DNA from: Isurus oxyrinchus
Taxonomy: Eukaryota
Length of the DNA: 64,000 nt
Assembly (NCBI GenBank): GCA_026770705.1
Contig: JANJGN010000035.1
Location: 8,866,001 to 8,930,000 of the forward strand
Reading direction: 5' to 3'
Part shown: one piece after another, positions 13,045 to 22,978 of the stretch
Layout of the letters: each line of letters begins with the position of its first letter
How positions within the stretch are numbered: the stretch's first letter is position 1
Made by a program: the position numbers and the translations under genes
The notes under the pieces: model-generated
What the model was told of the DNA's origin: nothing
Databases searched by the model: none
The model's input: only the letters and a program-made list of their open reading frames with translations

Positions 13045-15760
13045 GTTATGTGGAGTTGTAAATTAATCGATATTCCAAGAAATATGCCTGGAATATCCCA
13101 AGGTTCCTGGATCTATTGAGCATCATTGCATGTGGTTCCACTGGGCTAGGATCCAATCAGGTTTGAATAGGTTTTCAAATTGAGCATGTATCCTGCAATG
13201 TTTATGTGGGGTTTATGAAATGTTTATAGTTTAAATGAGACATCATTTTTTTGTGGACATTGACTTCGAAATTGGTCTATGGCTTAAAGGAAAACACACT
13301 GGATGCAGCTCAAAGACATGTTCACTGGAGCAGGATGTGTAACATTCAAGATATCTATCTCCTGGAAGAGAGGGGTCAGGTTGGACAAAATTGTTCCAAA
13401 AAATTTCCAAAATAAATATAACTAACTGGCATCAACATTGTAATTAGCTCCTGATCAGATGACGAACGTTTTGCGAAGTAATTGTGAGTAGGGGGGTGTT
13501 TGTGTGTGTGTGTGTTTGTTCATAGCAGTTAAGAAGGGGTAGAGTTTAAGCTAAAGAGTTAAACGTTAGCAGTTCGTGTTTCCTTCTTCCGTTACTGGTG
13601 GTTTAATAATTTGGTATTAACCTGTTACATTACAAACGTGGTTTTCGTATTCTGTTGACCTAAATTTTAACAGTTAGGTAGAATTGTACCAACGGAGAGC
13701 AATGAGGCTGGAATTTAGAGCATAGCATCCCCAGTGATTAGTGACAATAGACGTAGCATGCTTTACAGTCACCAAGATCTTGCCAAGATACATCTGGAGA
13801 CAAAAATCTCCTCAGTTCCTGAAAAGTAATAAAACTTTTTGTGATCCAGAAGTTCATGCCACCCCTATTGATCGCTTTATGTTGTCACAGGAAACTGAAA
13901 GGTGTGTATGACAGTTGCAGATTTTTTACAAAGCCAACAGGCTATCAATATATATCCTGCATGTAGTGCACCTTCTCTTATCTCTTTCCATGATCTTGAA
14001 CGGCTCGCCCACACTCTCACCTGACTATGCTCTTATGCACTCAGACACAGAACCAATCTTGCTCACAATCATATGTCATCCACTGCCTCCGCTGAGTCTT
14101 TCATCGTCTTCAAAAAGGAGATGACCTTTACAAATGATAAACTATCCGAAACAGCATGGTATAGACAGCTAATTTATCAAACAACCAAAATATCAGATTG
14201 CATTAATCATTCTTGTCGCACTGAATAAGCAAATAGTGGAGGAATATTGAACAAACCACTGAAGAGCTCAACGAACACGTATAATATCATAAATGGCAGA
14301 TATCATGTTAGTTAAAAACAAAGTGGCAGCAATCGGGCTTATTTTCTGCGTGAAGTACCAACTTCCTGATATATCAAGGCCACTTGTGATGTTAATCTTC
14401 ATCAGTTCTTATTCGACTACGAAGTGTCAAGAACTGTCTGACAGAAATTGATATAGCATCTGTTAAGGATCCCAAAAATTAGCTACGACACTCGGATAGC
14501 TGTCTCAATTCAGATAAATAAGGACAATATCCGAGTCGGTGGAAAATTGTACTGTCCAATAAAAGCAGGAAAATTATGAACAGGCGAATCATCGTCCAAA
14601 GTACTTAGCGTCTGGTATCAACAACATAAAGAAAATTACCATTAAAAATGCTTTCAAGGGGCAATCAATGTACTCAGCTTGGGCTCGGCATGGACCACTC
14701 GGCTCCAGACCACAAGATAGACTTGATCTAAGCAAACGCCAAAACTCCTGGGTTATATAGGTAAGAAGGGAGTTACTGCCTCTTCTACCAAGACAGCAGG
14801 TGGCCCAGAGGGCAGATAATTGATTTTTGTGTTATTATTGGTATGGCAATGAGAATCAGTGTTAAACGTTTTTGTTGCAGAAGTTATGATTATTACAAAG
14901 GGGAAAAATTTAGTGATTGCTCGAGGAAAGTCAGCTCAGTCCCAACATATGACTGCAGATGTTCTTTGGGGCAGAGCCTGAGAACCAGCCGCCTTCAGTC
15001 TGCTTCGCTGGCAGGCTGTCTTGCTCTTATGATCAGAACTATCAAATTGCATTGAAATGTGCTCAATACATTAACAGTACCTCAAATCATTAAGTATTCC
15101 GTGCATAAATTGAAAAAAACAAATCTGTACATCATTTCAAATTTAGAGAAAAGTGACAAAAATGTGTCACACTAAACCAGATAAATGCCATGTGATGAAG
15201 TAATTGAGAGTCAAAGTAGTTCCCTTTGACACTTAACGGCGTTAATATCACGGCTTGCATGGCCACCAATTCTCTGCGCACCATAAATAATAATAATCTA
15301 AACTGGCCAAGCTAAATAAATACATTCACAACGATCGCGCGATATCATCCTTTCACTCCCTTAATCGTGTCCTAGCTCATAGCACACTTATCACTTGAAG
15401 AATATTATTCCCATATGGCTGTTTCTTCATTGATTTTCATGAAACTAAATATCATCCATAGCCAAGAAACCCACATGAGTGCCATGCCATTTGCAACCAT
15501 TGACATTTAATTGCTCCACTACAGGTGTATCGTGGCTGTAGCGCGTTTCCCCATGGAATGTGGGAAATTCTAAGAGACGTCAATATGTATTGGGAAATTA
15601 CATCTCACATATGTAGCCCAACGTGGTGTCAATATATCGAAGGTTTCACGATTTATCACGAAGCGACACGGTCTGGATGAGTTTTAACAGTCAATTAAGT
15701 CTATCAAGACCAAAAAAAAACTATTGTGTTAAAATCCATCTGGAAGCGTTATCAAACAAA
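13045..15760 (+). mobile_element. Highly decayed Gypsy-type LTR retrotransposon (LTR-like ~13045-13746 plus pol remnant)
   Basis: LTR-like block ending ...gtgaca at 13746. RT-like remnants at 15190-15650 ('gtaattgagagtcaaagtagttccc' ~ IEESxSP; 'atgccattt' = MPF). Confidence 0.5.
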
Positions 15761-15814
15761 ATATGACACTGATGCAGCAAAAAAAGTGATATATTTGCCC
15801 CTATGTGCTATTTA

Positions 15815-16330
15815 ATTTAACTGGAGAAAGACGATATGAGGTAGAAATGGAATCTAGAGATTGAATTCTGGAGAGATGAATACTTGCCCGAAATCGTGGA
15901 GAGAAGTAATTTGGGAATGCTTAAGCTGCCAGATTTCGAAGAGTACTGACTACTTGGTAGATATTTAGGTCTGAAGAAGCTCACAGAAATATGGAGGGGA
16001 GAGATTATAAATGGACGGCTAAAACGTATGTATTCCGAAATTAAGACTTTGTTTAAAACATAATACAACTGCATTCTGCCAGCAGAGGGGCGACGGGCTG
16101 ATTAGGAGTTCGTTGGAAATTAGCAGGGGCTGCAGTTTGGGAAGACTTCAAGTTTGCGAACGTTTTATCTAGGTGGTCCTACAAGGCTTGTGTTAGAACT
16201 GACAAGAGTCGATTTGTTTTAAAGGTATAGAGGAGAACGTTCGAGACAGATGATTCGAGGCGAAGGAGCAATCAACAACGCCGTTTTACAACATAATAAG
16301 AGGTCTAAATGATGATACATATAAGTAAAA
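15815..16330 (+). mobile_element. CR1 LINE internal fragment (endonuclease-RT linker)
   Basis: Purine-rich degenerate similarity to the CR1 ORF2 linker; no ORF. Confidence 0.45.
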
Positions 16331-16349
16331 AGAAGCTCATCCAAAGAAA

Positions 16350-16780
16350 AATTGTAAGTTTAAAGCTGTCAGGCCATGCATACATGGACTATCAAGATAC
16401 ATCTAGAAATTAGCATGTATTTGTAAGACAGTACAATTTCTCAGGCTTTTGCCAAGTTTTCATTGATTGCACACCGTTGGAATTCTTCCAGATTTTTCCC
16501 TGTTGGCAGAATCTGTTAAACTCCAGAATGAAGTGCGCTAGGTTCATATTGTCTTAGGATTCTGCGAGGTTTCTATATGTTGGAATAATCTCTCACAGCC
16601 AATTGTATTGCATGTTAACCTTGTCGTTTTAATGCAAAGTTGTTCTGTCTGTTTCAATCAATTTGTTATTTGCGGAGCTATCAAATGCCTTTTAATCCTC
16701 CACATGTACAGCACATGAAAATAACAGCATTCAACAGCTATTACAATTCCCGATAATCTCTTGCTTCAACGAAAACAATC
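16350..16780 (-). pseudogene. Decayed transmembrane + juxtamembrane + start of a plexin-type cytoplasmic domain
   Basis: Across frameshifts it reads 'EII/GIVIAV/LNAVIF/VLYMWRIKRH' (hydrophobic stretch plus basic stop-transfer, 16770-16685). This is followed by 'LKQTEQLCIKTTRLTCNTIGCERLFQHIET' (cf. [25 protein letters not shown]), 'LEEFQRCAI' (cf. FLDYRTYAM) and 'EIVLSYKYMLI' (cf. QLINNKVFLL). Confidence 0.5.
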
Positions 16781-16849
16781 ACCATGACACCAATGGCATG
16801 GCACACCCTGCGCACAATTCATTTAATACAAAACAAATGAACTTAGCAA

Positions 16850-17662
16850 ATGCTAATTGATGTGGTGACATGGATTTCTAAATTGTTTTCGATACAGTGC
16901 GAGACCACAGACCTCTGAGGAAAGTTGTAGCTCATGTAATAAAAGGGACTAAACAAAAGTGGATACAAAATTGGCTGAGCAATCTGAAACAGAGTCTCAT
17001 GGCCAATGGATGTTTTTCGAATCGGACGAAGGTGTGTAATAGATTTCCTAGGAGACGCTATTGGGGCCCTTGCTTTCCTAATATATATTAATGATCAAGG
17101 CAATCTTGTGCCAGTGACAATTTCATATTTTGCGAAAACATGAAACCTTGGAAGCATTGTCAAGCGTGATGAAGACAGTATAAGTTTCCAAAAGGGCACA
17201 ATGAGTTGGTGGATTGGGCACATATATGGCAAATTAATTATAATTCAGGGAAGTGTGAGACGATTTAATTTGATAGGAAAAACATAGAGTGACAATATAA
17301 AGTAAAGGGTATATCTTTGAGGATGTGCAGGATGAGAGGGGCCGTGGTACATAATTCCATAGATCATTGAAGAAAGCAGGAGTGTTGGAGTGTGCAACAC
17401 AAGAATAGGGAGGTTACGCAAAGCTTATATAGGACACTAGTTAGGCCTCAACTGGAGTATTGTGACAGTTCTAGGCAAGACATTATGTGAAGATTGAAAG
17501 AGCATTAAAGAGAGCTCGGAATACGTTTACAGTCCCGGTTCCAGGTATGAGAAACTTGAGTTATCAAGATCGATTAGAGAACCAGGGAAGGTTCTCTGTG
17601 GAGTGGAGGAGGCGAAGAAATGATTTGATATTGGTATTCAAAATAATGATGGAGCTCGAAAG
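16850..17662 (+). mobile_element. CR1 LINE RT fragment
   Basis: ORFs 16897..17091 (WIQNWLSN..Q) and 17487..17690 (LSYQDRL..VFKIM); 'ggacactagttaggcctcaactggagtattgt' = TLVRPQLEYC. Confidence 0.9.
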
Positions 17663-18187
17663 AATACACCCCATCACACTTTCGTCTTAAAGGCCATCAA
17701 AGAAAAAAAAAATGCATGCTTTCCCAAATGCTGCGCAAGCTTTGTGTTCCTCGTCTGAGAGAAACAAAAAATCTGACTGAAGGAAGGAACCTCATCGCAG
17801 CCGTATAAATAAATCTACATGTCTAAAGGTTGTAAACATCTTTACAGCAATCCTGCTATTTAATGCAGAGATTACCTCACCCTCTCTCATCCCCCCCCCC
17901 CCAAACCCCCTCCCCCCCCTACCAATTTTACACATTTTACAATTAAACATTGTGAATTGAAAACCGCATATCGTTTAGTTGTAACCAACCCAGCAAACGG
18001 GACAGACGTCATGGGAAGCAATAAGTGAGTTCTTATAGATCCAATGTTTTGGCAAGCCAAATTTATTTTGCTGGTTAATTCGCTTTCTTTCAACCTTGTA
18101 AATTGACCTCATTTGCAATTTTCTATTGTTTTCCAAATACATCTGTGTTGTTGGCTAACATTTTTACAATAGCTTTCTGTTTTTCAT
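17663..18187 (-). pseudogene. Diverged paralogous copy of 19507-19987 (C-terminal half of a plexin-type GAP domain)
   Basis: Collinear shared blocks with 19507-19987: aaggccat, tgttcctcgtc, aatctgactg, attacctcaccc, cacattttacaat, tggcaagc, tggttaa, tttctttcaa.cttgtaaat. Minus strand reads 'FTRLKESELTS' versus 'FTRLKEIELTN'. Confidence 0.75.
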
Positions 18188-18525
18188 GGCTGGGAGAAGC
18201 TGTTCCACTCGTCAAGGGATCCAGCGCGACAGGGCACAGATTTAAAATGATTTGAAAATGGTGCAAGATGATGTCAGAAAAAATAATCGTTTTTCACGGA
18301 GCATTTCGTCCTAGTCTCAAATGTTTTGCCTGCAAGTGTGGTGTTGTGCGGTATTCAGATTAAACTGAACCACTAAAGAGGGCATTAGATGATTGTTTGT
18401 GTAGTCACAACGTGCACTTTTATGGAGGAAAGGTGGGAGGATGACATTAAGTCACAAACTATCTTTGGAGAGCCTTGCAGACACAATGGTCTTTCAGCGC
18501 TGTAACAATCATGTGATTGTGTATT
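18188..18525 (+). mobile_element. CR1 LINE 3' end
   Basis: 'gggagaagctgttccactc..acagggcacagatttaaa' = EKLFPL..GHRFK, followed by a 3'UTR ending gctgtaacaatcatgtgattgtg. Confidence 0.85.
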
Positions 18526-18589
18526 TAGCCAGGTAAAATGACACATCATAATGTGTTATTGAATGTAGATGCAACAAAGATATGACACA

Positions 18590-18806
18590 AAAACAGAATT
18601 ACCTGGAAAAACTCAGCAGGTCTGGCAGCATCGGCGGAGAAGAAAAGAGTTGACGTTTCGAGTCTCAAAGTCGAGTCTCGAGTCTTTGAGGACTCGAAAC
18701 GTCAACTCTTTTCTTCTCCGCCAATGCTGCCAGACCTGCTGAGTTTTTCCAGGTAATTCTGTTTTTGTTTTGGATTTCCAGCATCCGCAGTTTTCTTTGT
18801 TTTTAT
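18590..18806. mobile_element. Young fold-back Penelope-derived mini-element with 14-bp target-site duplication
   Basis: Inverted arms ~18587-18671 and ~18684-18768 (1 substitution, 1 indel). Direct repeat aaagatatgacaca at 18576-18589 and 18807-18820. Confidence 0.9.
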
Positions 18807-18839
18807 AAAGATATGACACACCTAGTTATGGGCACTCGA

Positions 18840-19110
18840 ATTACATACTGAGCAAAGATGGTGCTACATGGAATCTTTGAAACTTGAAAACTGCAATGTA
18901 TCATTTCTCTCTTCGCAAATCAATCATCTCCTCGCAAAAATCGCCATCTGCCACGAGCCTTATTCCATCTGAGGTCCTCAGGCACGGTTACTCCTCACAA
19001 GGCGCAAATTTACGAACACTATCTCACTCGGGTAACAACAGTCTTCATGTCGCTAAATAAGCAGGGATTTGCTTATTCAACACCTTTGAAAGGGCTGGGC
19101 ATCACTGGAA
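18840..19110 (-). pseudogene. Possible start of a further plexin-type domain copy
   Basis: 'FKGVE*ANPCLFSDMKTVVTRVR' is weakly similar to EKGLKLFGQLINNKVFLLSFIR and follows directly after the end of the previous copy. Confidence 0.25.
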
Positions 19111-19239
19111 AAACTGAAATAGAAACAATACACTTGATCAGTCAACAATCCCCAAGTCTCCCAGATTTCAGTGTTATGTTCTTTTCCACCGTATAATGCA
19201 CATATTAAAGTGTTATCTGCTCTACAATCAGGGAGAACT

Positions 19240-20945
19240 AATTGAACACCAGGACCTGTTCAAATGATGCCAAACTGAAACTGTTCCAGTCAGAGAAAAC
19301 GTTGCTTGATTATCCTTCACACAAACATTCTAAAAATAAATAGATACAGCACTGCATTTAGTTTAGTTTTTTTTTTCTTATTTTTTGATTCGTAGCTCAT
19401 CATACCAAAGGGAACCCGAAAGTTAAATCCTGGATATATTTTGGAAACTATCGACGCAAAATGCAAAAACACAAACAGGCAAAAAAAGCAACAAATTCTC
19501 TATCAGGATACTCCCCAGAGAACTGCCGTTATAAAAGGCCATGAAACAAAAATAAAATGTACGCTTCCACTAATACATTGGAAGCTTATTGTTCCTCGTC
19601 CCAGAACAACAAACAATCTGACTGGCCTTAATTTTTTTTACGCAGCCCTATCAAAATGCAACAGATCTTAACATTGCAAGCATCTCGACAACTGTCCTGC
19701 TGTATAGTGCAGAAATTACCTCACCCCCGTCGACATATTTCACATTTTACAATCAGACATATTGAATGGGAACACCTCAAAGTTTAATTCTAAACAACCG
19801 ACCAATCATGACTGGCTACACGGTAAACACTTTGTGGGTTCTTCGTGGCAAGCAAAATCTCCTTAAATATTGGTTAACTCTATTTCTTTCAATCTTGTAA
19901 ATAGTTTTTTTTTTCAGTTCATCCACGTTCTTGCTTCATACATTACCTTTTTTATGTTCTTACATTACTTTTGCGTTTTTCTTGCTTTTAAAATAAAATC
20001 TGCAGTGGGATAATACTCTTGATGGATCGAAGATGCTTCTGTACATAGGTTTGGTTAATTGTGCAATGAATAATATTGCTTATTCTGGGCAATGCCTTTG
20101 AGCTGTGGCGATATCCGTTATGAACATAAAGAAAAAAACATCCTTGTAGTACTCGTTTATCCTGTATGACTTCGGCACTTCCAACTTCCACTGTTGGTCT
20201 TTTGCAAGACGTAAACAAGAAGTTCAGGGGATTTTGTTGGTTGTCTGAGAGCCTTTATCATTCTTTACAAAGAAAAGACAGCGAAACATCCTGCTCATTT
20301 ACCAACTACTAATATCCATTCTCTGCCCTTTCTGCAGCACTTTTCCTTTTACATCTAGGTCTCTGAAAAACGTAACAGCCTAAAGAACATAAGAATTGTC
20401 GTGAAGGACGGATTCATTCGCTCTATCATGATTCAATACAGAACAATATTCACGGCGCATAAAGACCTCTCGTTCTGCTACAAAAAATTCACTAAAATTT
20501 AGTTTTAATTTTTGTTTTTGAGCTAAAGAGTTTGATAATCTCTTGTATTCTGTGCCAACTTATCCTTATCGCCTGCACTACCACTAAATTCCACTGAAAT
20601 TGCACTTTGTGCAAGACATTATTGATATACTTTGTCAATTCTTCTTTCCGATGTTCCAAGTTACGTTCCAGGAATCCTATTTGTTCCTGCTGCTTTAGAA
20701 CGCTAACATTGTACGCATTCCTTTTTTTTGTCTTCCCATTCTCAATAAAAGCATGCCTTTCCTTTCATTTATCATTCGTTTTCTTAATTCTTGCATATGG
20801 TTTGTTTGCTTTATTAATACAGGCTATTTGGCAAATTCTCCAACTGTCATTTCCTTTTGCTTCTTAACCAAATGTCTTAATGCACTTAGCAAAAAAATAG
20901 CAGGCTGCATTTCTGACAGATTCAACATGCTGATAGTCTGACTAT
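19240..20945 (-). pseudogene. Decayed full-length, intronless plexin-type cytoplasmic domain (GAP-RBD-GAP)
   Basis: Motifs in order: 'IFLLSALRHLVKKQKEMTVGE' (20900-20835; cf. VFLLSFIRTLESQRSFSMRD); 'IIKLFSS' and 'YCSVLNHDR' (cf. LFSLFCA, ARYSLSEDK); 'IQDKRVLQGCFFLYVHNG' (ORF 19988..20218; cf. RBD end WKRLNTLAHYQVPDG); 'RLKEIELTN' (cf. EIYLTRL); 'LRPVRLFVVLGRGTISFQCIS' (cf. [20 protein letters not shown]); 'LASFEQVL' (cf. LAYKLEQVI). Confidence 0.7.
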
Positions 20946-20989
20946 CGATGAAAACATCATGTTTAGTCAAAATAATGATTCCCTTGTTT

Positions 20990-22085
20990 CTAATTCCTCA
21001 ACTACCCTTGTAAGACTTCACTTTCAGCAGGATTTTCTTAACTTAATTGAGGCTGCAATAGCTCATGGGCAGCCAACTAATATCCAATAAGGTACGTGGT
21101 CAACCCATACGTAAATTTCGAAAAGTGCATTAGCATATTCACATTTCAAAGCATCCTCATTGAGAGGACTGTGCAAACAATTCCCAACAAAATCAATAAA
21201 TACTTATTTATGCAGCGAGATTTCTTTTTTCTCATTTCTCTTGTCAACAATTTCATTTGACCTGCTATCATCTGTGACTAGTTTAATGCTGCATCTTTAT
21301 TGACTACTAACAACAGTCCAGCCTCAGGAATCAACATTTGCAAAGCGCCACCATGAGAAAGGAAGCATTAATAGTGTAATACCCCCAAATATACTCCTTC
21401 AGCAAACATAGGAAAACACATCAGTTTGTCATAGACTTTCCTTTCCCTATGCAGTATTCTTTGAAGGGATACTCTGCAACTTGACAAAGCTACAAAATTA
21501 TGTTTCAAGTTCCAAATGTCAGATCTTACATGCTTGTATTTGATATCACAGAACTACAGACTATGTCACGTCAATTTAGAATTATCCAACAGACTTTTCA
21601 GTTGTCTAACCAGACGAGTGCCTGCGCTCTTATGTTTGCCACGAATCGTATCCAAAGCATAAAACAACCTTGTGGGTTCCCGGACTGGGTCCTTTCTTCT
21701 GATTTCTGTTGAATCAGTTCATTATCATCTGTCATTTCTGCCGCATTGTATACTTTGCAAACATTACAGTCTTCCAAATGGGTTCCTATTCCCAGGTGTG
21801 TACGTATTGTTTACTTCTTGCACAGAAATCAGGATCCTAAAGTTATTAAATTATTCTTCAAACTTTATTAATCTACACACCCACCAAAACACAGTTTCAT
21901 TTTCTCCGGCAAATTTGGCAAATATCTGACTGTTTTTCTTCGACAAATGTCACAATTTATGATTGCAATATCCTGGTACAAAATCCCAGTCATTAATAGC
22001 AACTTTATGACACATTCTCTGTCATCTGATTGTTGCTCTAAAAGACGTGCATAAACATTCAAAGCTTTTCCCACGACAATAAACT
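20990..22085 (-). pseudogene. Decayed plexin-type cytoplasmic domain, upstream copy, apparently lacking the RBD insert
   Basis: ORF 21868..22074 has 'YARLLEQQSDDRECVIKLLLMTGIL' (cf. FIRTLEQQ..RDRCxVASLLMTVL). Then 'LKSLLDNSKLT*HSL*FCDIKYKHVRSDIWNLKHNFVAL..ILHRERKVYD' (cf. [38 protein letters not shown]), 'LLLVVNKD' (cf. KLLYAKD) and 'NALFEIYVWVDHVPYWIL' (21134-21080; cf. SALSEIFSYVGKYSEEIL). Confidence 0.65.
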
Positions 22086-22094
22086 GCAGGGGCA

Positions 22095-22325
22095 GTGTTT
22101 TTTTTTTTCATTCTTGCACTGATTTTGGCGTTCTTGGCTAAGTCAGCATTGTTTGCAATCCATAATCCATCCTCTCAAATGTGCAGGTGCAGTGCATTCT
22201 TGAACCGTACTTTGAGTAAGTAATCGTCATAGGCAGAAGATCTGACGAGGTTAATCATCAGTTGAGCAGAGGTGATGGCGATCTAAGTGGGATGGTCAAT
22301 TTTCTGAGGGGCAGGCAGAGGTAGA
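22095..22325 (-). mobile_element. LINE/SINE 3' tail fragment
   Basis: Poly-T followed by the reverse complement of the 'gatgggcaataaatgctggcc..' tail family also seen at 59530-59590 and 61840. Confidence 0.55.
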
Positions 22326-22414
22326 AATGTACGTTTGTATATATATGTGGTAGGTAGGTAGGTAGTTAGATTCATAGATAGATATATAGTTAAACAGCCA
22401 TATAGATAAATAGT

Positions 22415-22612
22415 NNNNNNNNNNNNNNNNNNNNNNNNNNNNNNNNNNNNNNNNNNNNNNNNNNNNNNNNNNNNNNNNNNNNNNNNNNNNNNNNNNNNNN
22501 NNNNNNNNNNNNNNNNNNNNNNNNNNNNNNNNNNNNNNNNNNNNNNNNNNNNNNNNNNNNNNNNNNNNNNNNNNNNNNNNNNNNNNNNNNNNNNNNNNNN
22601 NNNNNNNNNNNN
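22415..22612. other. Assembly gap (198 N), flanked by TAGA/TAGG simple repeats and a Penelope terminus
   Basis: Direct observation. Confidence 1.
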
Positions 22613-22740
22613 GATGCTGGAAATCCAAAACAAAAACAGAATTACCTGGAGAAACTCAGCAGGTCTGGCAGCATCGGCGGAGAAGAAAAGAGTTGACATT
22701 TCGAATCCTCATGACCCTTCGACAGAACTTGATCAAGTTC
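22613..22740 (-). mobile_element. Penelope-like terminal repeat (same young family as 18590) carrying a minimal hammerhead-like motif
   Basis: Near-identical to the 18587 arm. Minus strand 22729-22691 = agtt-CTGTCGA-a-gggtc-atgag-gattc-GAAA-tGTC-aact. Perfect palindrome gaacttgatcaagttc at 22725-22740. Confidence 0.8.
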
Positions 22741-22741
22741 C

Positions 22742-22860
22742 GATACATAGATAGATAGATAGATTGGTAGAGCGATTGCAATAGAGATAGAAAGATTGAT
22801 ATCGTGAAAGCTAGCTGCAGAGATAGGTAGATAGAGAGAAGGTTAGATAGATAGATATAA
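22742..22860 (+). repeat. Degenerate (TAGA)n
   Basis: Direct observation. Confidence 0.85.
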
Positions 22861-22978
22861 ATAAATGGAAATATATTTAAAGAGAAAAAAAGAGATAGGG
22901 AGATGCTGATAGCATAAAAAAAAGAAAAATAAATGCTTAAGCTGCTTCCCTTTTTTCAATCTAATATGCCTACTTATA

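Noticed and set aside
13990-15570. Apparent minus-strand cadherin-like mini-exons (e.g. GKRATATIH, GTVNVLSTF)
   Set aside because: The region is better explained as a decayed plus-strand Gypsy pol/LTR; the motifs are short chance matches.
18587-18768. MITE / DNA-transposon TIRs or a miRNA hairpin
   Set aside because: The arms match the Penelope-type terminus found unpaired elsewhere in the window, the element is asymmetric (extra ~38-bp tail), and the 14-bp TSD fits retrotransposition.
21868-22074. TPR repeat reading of KALNVYARLLEQQ..
   Set aside because: Downstream motifs continue in plexin order, so the plexin assignment is more parsimonious.
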